Positions 1-10,560 of a DNA stretch of 64,000 bases are shown piece by piece. This stretch comes from Blastocladiella emersonii ATCC 22665. Taxonomy: Eukaryota; Fungi; Blastocladiomycota. The position numbers were made by a program, and so were the translations under genes. The notes beneath the pieces are model-generated. The model ran no database searches. It saw only the letters and a list, made by a program, of their open reading frames with translations, and was not told the DNA's origin. The stretch covers positions 248,001 to 312,000 of the forward strand of contig JANHCV010000012.1 of assembly GCA_025594325.1 (NCBI GenBank). Direction: 5' to 3'. Every line of letters begins with the position of its first letter. Position 1 is the stretch's first letter.

Positions 1-619
1 GCGCGCGCGTCGAGCGGCGGATCCCGGCGCCCTCCGTGTCGGCCGCAGCCTCGGCCATCACGGCATCTGCATCGCCGCCCGTGCCCGCGGCCTTGCGCCC
101 GCGCTTACGCGGAGCCGCCGCGCCGCCCGTCGCCGGGTCCTCGGCCTTGCGCTTGCGCGCGGTCGTGTCCTTCTTGTTGATGCGGGTGCGCGCCTGGCTC
201 AGCATCTCCGAGATGCGGCCCGCTAGCGTGCCCGTCTTGTCAAGCAGCTTCTCGAGCGCGTCGAGCCGGCGCAGGCCCTCGTTCTGGTCGGCTTCGAGTT
301 TGAGGCGGGCTTCCTCCTGTTGATGGGGTGATGGCGTGGGTGAGTGGATGCGGGTTTTAGGGATCAGAGCGGCGAAGGAAGGGTGAACGTACGCGAAGGC
401 GCGCGGCCTCGGCCTCCTCGGCCTGCTCGACCTCGGCGGCCGCCTTGGCGTCGGCCTCGTCAAAGGTCAGCGGGACCTCAACGACCAGCTGCGAGGTCGT
501 CTACACGGGGTCGGAGCGGGTCAGGGTCCTGAGCATGGAGCATGACGATGACGGCGGCCGGTAGTGCATACATCCTCGAGCTCCACGTCGGGACGCGGGT
601 GGTCCAGTTTGCCTGTCAT
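1..619 (-). CDS. 5' part of a HELLS/LSH/DDM1-like SNF2 chromatin remodeler (runs off the left edge)
   Basis: Spliced reading 619-572 / 500-393 / 316-1 (GT-AG introns, phase 0) gives MTGKLDHPRPDVELED-TTSQLVVEV...EEARLKLEADQNEGLRRLDALEKLLDKTGTLAGRISEML...RKRKAEDP. This resembles the coiled-coil 'RL..LL.K' N-terminus of HELLS/Irc5. The ATPase domain is outside the window. Confidence 0.5.
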
Positions 620-666
620 GGTCATGGTTGGCGATCCGTGCAAGGAGACGGTGTATCGACGACGCA

Positions 667-690
667 GACGAAGACGAAGACGAAGACGAA
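667..690 (+). repeat. (GACGAA)4 microsatellite in the divergent intergenic region
   Basis: Seen directly in the sequence. Confidence 0.85.
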
Positions 691-896
691 ATGCGGACGT
701 GAGTTTCAAAAAGCGCATAGCACCGGGTCACGCTGGGTCAGCTGACGCAAACGCACCGCGGGCCGCGCCACGCGACGGTCGCGTTCCATCGCCATCGCCG
801 TCGCAGCGTCCAATCGCAGCAGCGGCATCACCACGAAGCATACCCCCGCCGACTCTCCATGAAACTTGCCCGCTAGAGCGGCCCCACGTCATCAAA

Positions 897-2507
897 ATGG
901 TCAAGCTCACGCCGCTGTTCGTCTCGGAGCACGCCGCGCAGCACCTGCAGGAGATCACCAAGCTCGAACTGAACGGCAAGGAGATTGACGCGATCGAGGA
1001 CATCAGCGCGCTCGTGAACCTGCGCGTGCTCGAGCTCGAGGACAACCGGCTCGACAACGACGCGCTCGAGGGTCTGTCGCACAACGCGGCGCTGACCAAA
1101 CTCAACCTCAAGAAGAACGCGCTCGAGTCCTTCGCCGGGCTCGACAAGCTGCACAAGCTGATTGCCCTCAAGGTGCCGCACAACGCCATCACGCGGTTCA
1201 GCACCCACCTGCTGTCGCTCAAGCACCTCAAGGCGCTCGTCGCCAACGACAACCAGATTGCGCGCATCGAGAACCTCGGCCACTGCACCGAGCTCGAGAC
1301 GCTCGTCATTGCCGGGAACAAGATCTCGGAGCTCAAGAACCTCGCTGCCCTCAAGCAGCTCAAGGCGCTCAACGCCGGCCACAACCCGATCCGCGAGATC
1401 CCGGACCTGCGCGTGCACGAGCACCTCGAGCAGCTGCGCCTCAACAGCTGCAAGCTGACCTCGGTCCCAGACACGATCCGGTACAACCCGGCGCTCAAGA
1501 TCGTCGACCTCGGCAACAACCTCATCACCAGCTACTCGGAAATCGTCAACCTCGCCGCCCTGCCCAACCTCATCAACCTCACCCTCAAGGGCAACCCGCT
1601 GTGCAACGAGCCCGACTACGAGACCCGCATCAAGGCCCTGTTCCCGACCCTCCGCATCCTCGACAACAAGCGCTTCGATCCGAAATACCTCAGCATCAAG
1701 CAGAAGCGCGCCGGGTACAAGATGAAGCAGGCCATCAAGAAGACGGGCGTCAAGCCCGCCAAGCGCCACCGCCGCGGCGACCGTGACGCAGGGTCCGCCT
1801 CCGACACGGGCGCGACCAGCGACACTGGTGCCGCGCCCGCTCGTGGCGGCGACGACGAGGACGCTATGGACGTGGACGGCGACGCGCCCAAGCCTGCCAC
1901 CGCCGTCGACCGCGCGCCCAAGCCCCCGCGCTGCCCGCGGTCCGATGTCGACAACGGCGACGAGTCGGCCGCGTCCGCCGGCGCCGCGTCGTCGGACCCC
2001 GCCGAGCCCCGCGCTAAGCGCCAGCGCACCGCGCCACCCGCCAAGGCGGCGGCCGCCGAGGTCCCCGCCAAGAAGGCGGTGCCCGAGAAGAAGCCGACGG
2101 CGGTCAAGGACGGCAAGCAGAACCAGAAGCAGCAGCAGGGCAAGAAGCAGCCCGCCGCCGGCAAGGACGGCAAGCAGAAGCAGCAGCAGCAGGCCAAGCG
2201 CCCCGCGGCCAACGGGCCCGTCGGCAAGGGCCGCCTGCGGTCCGAGACTTCCCTGTCCGCGCCCGCCAAGCCCGCGCCCGCCGCCGCCGCCGAGCCACCA
2301 GCAGTACCCGCGGCAGCCCCTGCGCCCGCGGCCGACGCGAGCGCGAGTGCCGTCGTGGCGCCACCAGCGAACATCACGGGCGTCCTCGCCGTCGAGAACC
2401 GCCGCCCGCAGCTGTCCACGGCGCGCAAGCAGCAGGTCCTGTTCGAGCTCGAGAAGGCGGCCGAGGCCGCGAACGATGATGGGCTCGGCGTCGGTGGATG
2501 GGATTAG
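897..2507 (+). CDS. SDS22-class leucine-rich repeat protein with LRRcap and K/Q/A-rich low-complexity tail (536 aa)
   Basis: ATG at 897 within the 564..2507 ORF; repeated LxxLxLxxNxI units; cap LTLKGNPLCNEPDYETRIKALFPTLRILD; strong host-like C/G-ending codons. Confidence 0.85.
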   Translation: MVKLTPLFVSEHAAQHLQEITKLELNGKEIDAIEDISALVNLRVLELEDNRLDNDALEGLSHNAALTKLNLKKNALESFAGLDKLHKLIALKVPHNAITRFSTHLLSLKHLKALVANDNQIARIENLGHCTELETLVIAGNKISELKNLAALKQLKALNAGHNPIREIPDLRVHEHLEQLRLNSCKLTSVPDTIRYNPALKIVDLGNNLITSYSEIVNLAALPNLINLTLKGNPLCNEPDYETRIKALFPTLRILDNKRFDPKYLSIKQKRAGYKMKQAIKKTGVKPAKRHRRGDRDAGSASDTGATSDTGAAPARGGDDEDAMDVDGDAPKPATAVDRAPKPPRCPRSDVDNGDESAASAGAASSDPAEPRAKRQRTAPPAKAAAAEVPAKKAVPEKKPTAVKDGKQNQKQQQGKKQPAAGKDGKQKQQQQAKRPAANGPVGKGRLRSETSLSAPAKPAPAAAAEPPAVPAAAPAPAADASASAVVAPPANITGVLAVENRRPQLSTARKQQVLFELEKAAEAANDDGLGVGGWD

Positions 2508-5179
2508 GTGGTGCCCGGGAGGGATATATACATAGGATACATGCCACACGCGGAGTGAGACAGACAGTTGAGTTGTGACGTGCAGGCGGCGAGCGCGTCG
2601 TTCAGTCGCACCCGCTCTCACTCACCTCTAGCTCCCCAACCCAGCTAGACAGCACATGCATCGCCACTTGATGAAACTTGGAGAGCACCGAGCACTTAGT
2701 CCGTAGGCAAGGACCTCATCGAGCCGCTGAGCCGGTTCCTTCCCGCCGGCAGGCGCAGCAGCAGCGGTTGAAGGGTTGGTCGCCCTGTGCCAGCAGACCC
2801 ACCAGCCGCAGCACTCGCCGCGTCTTGTACAGTCCGTCGTGGCCACTCAATTTCGCTAAGCAGCTGAGCCCGCGCTCGTTGACGCAGTCACCGGCGGCGT
2901 GTGCTGAATCCACGCCGCGACGAACTCGCAGTGTGGGCAATGCTAAAAGGTCAAGCGCATGACGGCGAGATTCGTCCAGCTGGCGGCATGCAACTTTACG
3001 CGTGGCATGTGCGCAACTATTGTCGTTTGCAGCCAAAATGCAACTGGCTTGCTCCCGTGGCTGATACCCGGGTGCTATCCCGGCCTGATAATTGTGTGGC
3101 GCCAGTGTGGCGCCACACGTCGCGGTGACCGCTTTCGCGCTCGCTCGGCCCCTCGCGATCTTCCAGTTGCTCAATAAAATCGCATGAACTTCATGCAGCA
3201 CTTGCAGCAACGTCATTGCGTGCTCAGCGGCCAAGCACTGCGCAGGATCCCACGCCGCGTCGCTGGAGCTGGCCGAGCGGCCGGAGCTCGCGAGCGCGCC
3301 GCCCACGCCAACGACCACGATCTCGGGCGCAGAAGCATGATCGGCGAAGAACTGGATGCTTGAGCTCGTGACGCTGCTGTCGGTGAGGTCAAACTTGCGA
3401 GCCTCAGTGAGCATCGCGGCGGGGTTGCCCGCGCGCAAGTCCTGGATCGCGTTCGATCCGTCGCCGGATACGTTCGGCAGCACGAGCGCCGCGCAACCTT
3501 TGGACACGCCCGCTCGTGCGTTGCGCAGCACGCGGTCGATGCCACGTTCGACTCGCGAACCATGCGCATCGGCTAGTTCAGAGTCCGCGGCCGCGCGAGT
3601 GCGAGTTTCGCAGCACGAGCAAGATCTTGAGTGTCACCGCTTGCGGCGGGACGAACCGGCGCGTCGCCTACAGTACGCGTGCGTGTCCTGCAGGTTCGCA
3701 ACGTACAAGAGCGAGTAGTAGTTCTCGGGCATGGTGGCGCCGAACACAACGTTGCTTCTAGCACATCTTGAACGCTGAGAGGGCAGGCTAGGGGTTGAGC
3801 CCGGTCCGCGTTCGTCACGGCGTCCTGCACGCGGAGCACCTCGCCAAACACCATCAAGTCGGTTGAGAAACGAGTCAGTGGTCGACGCGCCGTTTACTCG
3901 CGATCCACACGAGCAACCCGATGAACAAACCAGCCGCGAGCATGGCGCTGATACTGAGAACAAAGTCACGCCGCAGACCAACGGCGGCCAAGAGCGCGAC
4001 CGCCGCTGAGCGACGTGGGGCCCGCTCACCTCACTCATTGAGAACCTCGCGCGCCGCGACAGGATCGAGCGCGGCGAGCACATTGGCGGTGCCTTACTGC
4101 TCGAGTTGCGCCACGTACCGCAGGTGCGCACCCCCGCGGGAAGGCAGGACGTAGCGATGCCGTCGGGCAATGTATCCGTGATTATGAGGTACGCCTCGAT
4201 AGCGCGCGGCGCGCCGAGCTGCGTCGCACGCGCTCGGCCTGTCGGGAGCCCGAGGCGACGGGCAGCGGAGCTGTCACGCAGCGACGAGTTCCGCTTGGTG
4301 GCGATCACGGCCGCCTTCACATGGCGTCCGAAAACCGCGGCGCGCCAACTCACTCGCCCGCGGGCCGCTCAAACAGCCGTCCAGGCAGCCGCATCAATGA
4401 GTGCCGCACTACTATCGATCGTCACGCTCACGCGACGATGCGTGGCCTCGGCCGGCTGCGGGTCGCGCGAGCAAGACGTGGCCCGCGACGAGTCGCAGCA
4501 TTTACGCGAGGTTTGAGCGTCCGTGGCCGCTCCGGCGCACTGCCAACGCCGCAAACGTTGCAGACTCTCGTCGGCCCGACAGAGTGTCGCTGAGCGGCTC
4601 ACGGCCGAGTCGCAGAAGGCCGACAAGGGTCCCTCGAGCGCGACGCGTCGCGCGAATCCGCTCACAGCGATCGTCAGTGACGCGAGGAGCAAGTTGCATG
4701 CAGAGAATTATTAAGCTATTGCTTCATGGCAAGGGGAGGGAGCGATGGAGGCAGCGAGCGCTCGACACGGCCGCCGCGGCGCTCGCCAGTGATAATTCGT
4801 GGCACGTGACCGCGGAGTATCAGCCCGCCAGCAGCGGCGAAACTCATTTTGGCTGCAAACGACAATGCACCGATCTGTCGGAAGCCACGCTCTCCCGATT
4901 GGCGCAAATGAGCGGACGTGTGCTTCTTGCCCACTTCCACATCAACTTTCGTGGCTCACCTTTCTTACCGAACTCGCTCAACTTGCGGCACCCTTTTCCT
5001 CACTCCCAGAGTCTACTCGCAATGAGCTGTGCAGCTCACTTCTCGGCCAGTTCAAACACGACCGCGGTATCGACCTAACCGCGTTCGAGCTCAACATGCA
5101 GATCTGCGTGAACACAGCGCGCTGTAATCACGGTGTGGCGCTTCCTGACCAGCGACTCTGGGGTATTCTCATTCATACC

Positions 5180-5205
5180 TGCCGTATCCCTATAGGGATA
5201 CGGCA
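5180..5205. other. Perfect 26-bp palindrome at left terminus
   Basis: TGCCGTATCCCTATAGGGATACGGCA is its own reverse complement. Confidence 0.97.
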
Positions 5206-5419
5206 CGCGGCTGCCCTTAGGGACTTCGCCATCGAGTCGCGATTCACCCGGGGCTCCCAATTGAATTCCCGTTGCTTACCCCGAGTGACACGTCTCATTG
5301 CTTACCCCAAGTGAATGAATCCCCGTTGCTTACCCCAAGTGAATGCTATGAGTCATGCCGAAATCCTTAGGGATTTCGCCACCCGGACCGGAGGCCGAAG
5401 GCCGAAGCAGGTGGGCGGG
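5180..5419 (+). repeat. Left terminal inverted repeat
   Basis: 5180-5230 is the exact reverse complement of 18583-18633 (51 bp); 5363-5419 matches 18448-18504 (57 bp, 1 mismatch). The middle holds 3 copies of TTGCTTACCCC(A/G)AGTGA versus 1 on the right. Confidence 0.95.
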
Positions 5420-5639
5420 CGGGCGGCGGCGGGCGGGTCACGTGGATCACGTGCACATGAACGGCGCGGCGACGCGACCACGGAGTCACTCTACGACTTG
5501 GTCGGCGACTTGGTCGCGGCAATAGGCCCTTGAAGGCTCTCGGAATAATTCCACGAGAGGTCGGCGACTGGTCCAAGAACGCGAGCAGCGACCCAGGTCG
5601 GCGACCAGCCCCGGATGGCTCATCGTGGCCACCACCTTT

Positions 5640-5924
5640 GAACCGTTCGCCGTAAGCCATAGACGGGACTGGACGGGACTGTCCATTGAAAACTCGCTCG
5701 GGCTAAGCAGTGGACGTCAGGACGTCACTAAGGGGGTGTTTTGAAAAGTTAGCAGGGAAAGGGGGGGGAAGTGACCACTCGAGTGACAACTTCCCCCCCC
5801 CTTTCGAGTCTGGAGAGGTCAAAGACCCCCTTCAGTCCCGTCCAGTCCCGTCCATGGCTTACCCCGAGCGAGTTTCAATGGACAGTCCCGTCCAGTCCCG
5901 TCCATGGCTTACAGCAAACGGTTT
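5640..5924. repeat. Nested imperfect fold-back (~285 bp)
   Basis: Outer arms 5640-5708 / 5857-5924 (~70 bp inverted), middle AAGGGGGT/ACCCCCTT, inner hairpin 5758-5804 with central CACTCGAGTG; direct repeat CAGTCCCGTCCAGTCCCGTCCATGGCTTAC at 5833 and 5883. Confidence 0.85.
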
Positions 5925-5959
5925 GATGGAGCGGGCGGGGACGGCGGGTCCGTCCGTGG

Positions 5960-6090
5960 TTGGGGGTGCCAGGTCATGGAGGGTCAGGGCAGCCAGGTCA
6001 GGTGGGGGTCAGGCGGGGTCAGGTGACTGGGTCAGGTGACGGGGTCAGGCGGGGGTCAGATCAGGGGTCGGGTCGGGGGTGCCAGATCAG
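5960..6090 (+). repeat. G-rich GGTCAG(G) repeat block
   Basis: Many GGGGTCAGG / GGGGGTGCCAG units; inverse of the CCTGACCCC / CTGGCACCCCC block at 17398-17585. Confidence 0.8.
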
Positions 6091-6438
6091 GGCCCTGTGA
6101 GGGATTTTTCGCTAACCCTGGCCCTATAAGAACCCCCCGCTCCCCCCGCCCTGAGAACTGCTCTTTGCCACTCACTATGAAAGCCATGTCACAGATTCAC
6201 TGCCTCAAGCCCTGCTCCAAGTGTATAGGCCATCTTTGCAATGCGCCCAATGCTTGCAGTAGGCTTCTGGTATGGGTGCATGGCCAACATTGTGGGTGGC
6301 CACTTCCCTATTCCTTTGGCTTGAGTTTTACAGGGCTATCTGCTTGTGCACAGCAATAGACTTGGTTGACTCCTGTCTTGGTCTGGATCATGGATGCTGC
6401 TTGGATTAGCTACCCATGCAGTGCTCTTTGATCCATTC

Positions 6439-6462
6439 CTCTCTCTCTCTCTCTCTCTCTCT
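6439..6462 (+). repeat. (CT)n microsatellite
   Basis: Seen directly in the sequence. Confidence 0.9.
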
Positions 6463-6628
6463 TTTGGGTGTGTTGGCGCTGTGTGGTTCGATGAGTCTCT
6501 GTGGGATACCAACGGTCTTCCACAGTCTTTTGGGTGTGTTGGCGCTGTGTGGTTCGATGAGTCACTGTGGGATACCAACAGTATTCCACAGGCTTTTGGG
6601 TGTGTTGGCGCTGTGTGGTTCGATGAGT
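6461..6628 (+). repeat. 66-bp tandem repeat, ~2.5 copies
   Basis: CTTTTGGGTGTGTTGGCGCTGTGTGGTTCGATGAGT begins at 6461, 6527 and 6593; the intervening 30-mers are near-identical. Confidence 0.92.
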
Positions 6629-7404
6629 ATTAGCAATGATGCCTGCTCCGTGTTGGAACTCTGATTAGTGGCTGGCCACCATGAAAGGAGACCTCCAGCA
6701 TGGAGCAGTCTGGGAGGCGCTTGGCCAACGCTTCCTGGACAGGGCGGAGCACCCCTTATTTCTACTTTATGTCATTGCCGTAGTGTGTCCCGTTGCTACG
6801 TCATGCCAGGTGTGTTGAACGCGTTTGTTGAATTAAACTTTGTTGGACTACTGTAACCATGCGAGGCTGTATCAAAGAGATTGTTCCCCTGCCCAAGCCG
6901 CCGTGCGATCACTACGATGCTCCCAGCTGGGTCTACGACAATGAGCTGCTGTGGGCCCAAGTTGTGTACCCATGCTGCGGGCACAAGTACACATACCGGC
7001 GGGTAGTCTGAGAGCGACCAGTAAAGGCTTCAAGGTAGCTAACCAAGTTAACTTGAAGGATCTATTCAAAGCAGACAGTGTACACAACCTTGGCACCTGG
7101 CAGGGCCACGTCGCGGATGGCCGTGTAGTTGGCTGTTGACTGGGGGCCCAGACGGCCAGTCCAAGGGATGCTCGTGGAAGGTGCGCGGGGCGTTGATGCA
7201 GTAGAGCCAGTATTCATTGTCCTGTGTCTTACTATGCCTTTGCAGAAAGAATTTAAAGCACATGTTGTTGCTTACTCTACAACGCGGAATACTTTGCTTG
7301 TGTACCCGACAATGGCCAGGTTGGCTACGAGGATCAGGGCGTTGGTCGCAACAAGGAGCGTCTCGAGGATCATGTTTACAGTAAGACAACAATAAAAGTC
7401 AACG

Positions 7405-8148
7405 TCAGATGAACGCAAGCTCGACGTAGAAGGGTTGGCCGAGAAAGTCAACAGAGCGCAGGCTCTCGTCTACCACGTCAATGTCAATACAGTCAATCTG
7501 CTGGGCCTGTCCCTGCGCGTCAAAGCGAAAGTAGTCACCCATGTGTGGTCGATGCTCAAACCAGCTGCCAAAGGGTTGCGTGACATGGATGCTACAAAGT
7601 ACGCCGTTGTCTTGTGGGTAAGCGCTGTACATGTTGTCTGCGAGCCAGGTACCCAGGTTGCGCGAGTAGATGTGAAGCAGGTTGATGGGCGAGATGTTGA
7701 CCAGCGCCGACGCGTACTGGACCTTGCTGTAGCCATACGCTCCAACAAAGCCCATGTGGACGTTCAGCGACGCCGTCCCTGTTCCAATTGTAAAGTCGAC
7801 CGTGTCGTTGGCCAGGCGCATCTTCTGGGTAGTCGAGTCAACCTGGACGTCCCAGGTGCCCTGCCAGAGGTACGCCAAGGGCGCGTTGTTGAGCAGGCTC
7901 TTGAGCGTGGCTGTGAACGTATCGACTGTGTAGTTGCCGTCGGGGACTGTGATGGTGCCAGGGAACGTCAGCGCGCCTCGGCTCTGGGTCAGGTACACTT
8001 TGTTGGCCTTGGAGTTGACCGTGTGCCAGCTGTTGCAGAGGTACGCCGAGTTGACCTTGACGCCGCGCACGGACAGGGGTCGTGGCAGGTACAGGATGCC
8101 GTTCTTGAGGTCGCGGCTGCAGATGGTCAGCGTCTTGTACTCGGACAT
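7405..8148 (-). CDS. PLV minor capsid (penton, single jelly-roll) protein
   Basis: Motifs TLTICSRD, NSWHTVNSKAN, TITVPDGNYT, HMGF, NISPINLLHIYS, IDIDVVDESLRSVDFLGQPFYVELAF match the PLV/virophage mCP pattern as I recall it; located in the capsid cluster. Confidence 0.82.
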   Translation of the reverse strand: MSEYKTLTICSRDLKNGILYLPRPLSVRGVKVNSAYLCNSWHTVNSKANKVYLTQSRGALTFPGTITVPDGNYTVDTFTATLKSLLNNAPLAYLWQGTWDVQVDSTTQKMRLANDTVDFTIGTGTASLNVHMGFVGAYGYSKVQYASALVNISPINLLHIYSRNLGTWLADNMYSAYPQDNGVLCSIHVTQPFGSWFEHRPHMGDYFRFDAQGQAQQIDCIDIDVVDESLRSVDFLGQPFYVELAFI

Positions 8149-8166
8149 TTAAACAAAGACAACAAT

Positions 8167-8433
8167 TTATTGTACGGCCGTGCCTGTGTCGTCGGCGTCT
8201 GCTTCAAAAATCTCGCTCGTTGGTCGGTTGTACCAGGTGTGAATGTCTTGGGCGAGGTCGGCGCCCTTGGTCACCATCTGCGCAATGGAGCTCACGGCGG
8301 GGTTGTGCGACCGCTCAAAGAACTTGGACACGGTCTTGACGCCCTTGAGCACGGTTGGCATGTGTTTGTTGACAAAGGACCCGACTTGGCCAAGCACGTT
8401 GCTAAAGTTGGTCCATAGGTTGCAGAAGATCAT
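8167..8433 (-). CDS. Small viral protein with amphipathic helices (88 aa)
   Basis: Fills the gap between MCP and mCP; TAAACCCCGCCATG start context; N-terminus NLWTNFSNVLGQVGSFVNKHMPTVLKGVKTVSKFF is amphipathic. Confidence 0.65.
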   Translation of the reverse strand: MIFCNLWTNFSNVLGQVGSFVNKHMPTVLKGVKTVSKFFERSHNPAVSSIAQMVTKGADLAQDIHTWYNRPTSEIFEADADDTGTAVQ

Positions 8434-8475
8434 GGCGGGGTTTAACTCTACGCAAGAAAAAAAAGGACAGGGCCG

Positions 8476-9696
8476 TTACTTGTAGATGTTGATCTCGCCA
8501 GTCGGCAGGAACTCGTAGACCACGTCGATGCCAATGAAGGCGTCCACGCGCTGGTTTGGGGCCACGCTTGAAGTCAGGATCACCTGCATGTCCACGGCCC
8601 GCGACTTGCATGACTTGTCGCCACTCACCACGGTGCGACTCGACTCAAGGTCACGGCCAACAACAAAGGTACCCTCGGCCGGCGCGTTGAACTTGTCAAC
8701 TGTGAGGCCAGCGCCAATGACGTGGCCATGGAAGGCATTGGTCAGCTCAACAAACGCCTCAGACGCGTAGTCGTCGCAGCGGACAGGTTGCTGAGGGAAG
8801 AGTTGGCCGGCTACGCTGAACTGGTACGTGGTAATGGTCTTGGCGCGAAGGAACGAGTCCTTGGAGTTGTCATTGAGCACAGCATTGTCGCGGAACGACA
8901 GCAGGATGTCCTTTTGCGAGGCAGAGCGGTCCGAGACGTTGAGCGTTGAGTTGGGCACCGAGTAGTTCAGGAAGTGGTGGTTGTAGGTCGTACCAAAGAG
9001 CTTGAGCCCCTGCTTCTTGAAGGCCGCGTCCATGACCGCGATCTGCTGGTCGTTGAGCTTGATCAGGTCCGAGACAATGCAGACGTCCTTGACTGTGTAG
9101 CCCGGGATGGCATTGTTCTTGACCACTCAAGCGTCGCTGCCAGGCGCAAGGGTGAACTCGACGCGGATACCGCCTGTGTACTTCATGGGGAGGTGCTTCT
9201 GGTTTGCCAGCAGGGCCGACTTGATGGGCAGCATGTACCGGTGCAGCCCAGACAAGACAGCAAACTTGTCGGCGCCGGACGCAAAGTAGCCCTGTGCCAC
9301 GCCAAGACACGAGTCCTTGAGGTACTGGGGGACTGTCACGTCGGCCTCAATGCGCTGACGCAGGTTGTAGTACGGGAGCTCTTCGAGTAGGGCACCAGAC
9401 GCGCTGTAGATGCGGACGCAGTCAATGACGCTGAAGATACCATTGCAGAAGGCGACGTTGGCGTCCGTGGTCTTGGCTGAGAACTGCAGGAAAGTACAGT
9501 GCGTGTCCATCATGTCGTCGCGCGGCGGGAGCAGGACGCTGATGCTGTTGCCAGGAGCAAACTCGGGGCCGCCCTGAGCCGTGAACTGGACAGTCTGGCG
9601 CTCGGCATAGACAGACTCCTTGGGCAGGGTGAACGACATCTCGGGAGGGAGCGTCTTGGACAGGACCTGCGAGAACTGGGCGTTGGTACTGGACAT
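8476..9696 (-). pseudogene. PLV major capsid protein (double jelly-roll, ~406 codons) with one in-frame TGA at 9129-9127
   Basis: ORFs 9127..9696 and 8476..9126 are in frame and contiguous (...LAPGSDA*VVKNN...). Motifs FAPGNSISVLLP, SVIDCVRIYSASGALLEELPYYN, HLPMKYTGGIRVEFTL, YQFSVAGQLFPQQPV, FVVGRDLE, SG, DAFIGIDVVYEF...GEI are typical of PLV MCPs. Confidence 0.88.
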
Positions 9697-9736
9697 GGTT
9701 TGGTTTAGAACACTGCAACAAAAAAAAGTCGGCGGT

Positions 9737-10534
9737 CTATCCCTTCACGATCCACTCGCTGAAGCTGTCTACGAGCCGGTACTTGGGCGGGTTCTGGTTG
9801 TTGACGCCCAGGAAGCGTCGCTTTGTGTTGCCAGTACGCGTGTCAAAGAGCTGTTCGATGATGGCCTCAAACTCCTTGAGGTCGAACTGCGACCCAATCT
9901 CCTTGTGCAGCGTCTGGACCTCAGTCTTGTCGTAGATTGGGTAGACGACGCTGTACAAGCAGTTGATACGCAGAGTCTTGGGCAGGGCACACCACCGCTG
10001 GACGCCAATGATGCAGCTGATCTTTAAGTGCCGCGAGTTGCACAGAAAGTTGGTCAGCGTCTTGTGGCTCAGGAGCTTGAGCCCGAGCACGTTGTCGATG
10101 ATCAGCAGCTGGTCCTGGAGCGCCTTCTTGCCAGACTCTTCAAACGTCTTGGTCAGGTCTTGGCGCATCTTGAGCAGGGTTGGGATGAACTGCTCGGGGT
10201 CTGTGACAATGCAGCTTGGCTTGATCTTGAGCCGGTCCGGGTCGCGCTCCTGGGGGTCCAGCACGTTGCGCTCCTTCTTGGGCGGTCGCAGGATCGGTTG
10301 ACTGGCAATGTACTCGTACTTGTCGTTGGCGTGGAATGTTGGGTTGAACACCCAGATGTTGTCGAACTGGCCCTTGTAAAAGTGCGGGAAGCAGACCATG
10401 TTCGCGATCAGCGTTGACTTGCCCTGACCCTTGGCGCCAATGACGTTCATGGTAAATGGGTGCTTGGGGATTGGCAGCGGCTCGCCATCGTCGTTGCGTG
10501 TAAAGCCGTTGTCAATGGCAACAATGTCGTACAT
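9737..10534 (-). CDS. A32-like (FtsK/HerA) DNA packaging ATPase
   Basis: Walker A GAKGQGKS, Walker B LLIIDN, motif NSRHLKISCIIGVQRWCALPKTLRIN. Confidence 0.93.
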   Translation of the reverse strand: MYDIVAIDNGFTRNDDGEPLPIPKHPFTMNVIGAKGQGKSTLIANMVCFPHFYKGQFDNIWVFNPTFHANDKYEYIASQPILRPPKKERNVLDPQERDPDRLKIKPSCIVTDPEQFIPTLLKMRQDLTKTFEESGKKALQDQLLIIDNVLGLKLLSHKTLTNFLCNSRHLKISCIIGVQRWCALPKTLRINCLYSVVYPIYDKTEVQTLHKEIGSQFDLKEFEAIIEQLFDTRTGNTKRRFLGVNNQNPPKYRLVDSFSEWIVKG

Positions 10535-10560
10535 TTAAAGACTGCAAACAAAAAAGGGCG

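Noticed and set aside
873-2621. Long antisense ORFs (also 7435..8418, 10645..11871, 28401..29693, 61047..62327)
   Set aside because: Shadow frames of real genes in high-GC DNA.
2600-5160. ORFs such as 2716..3531(-), 3634..4353(-) and 4401..5078(+)
   Set aside because: No recognisable domain and no consistent codon bias; possibly decayed genes but not supportable.
6461-6628. CRISPR-like 36+30 bp layout
   Set aside because: The 'spacers' are near-identical, there are no cas genes and the context is eukaryotic; it is a tandem repeat.
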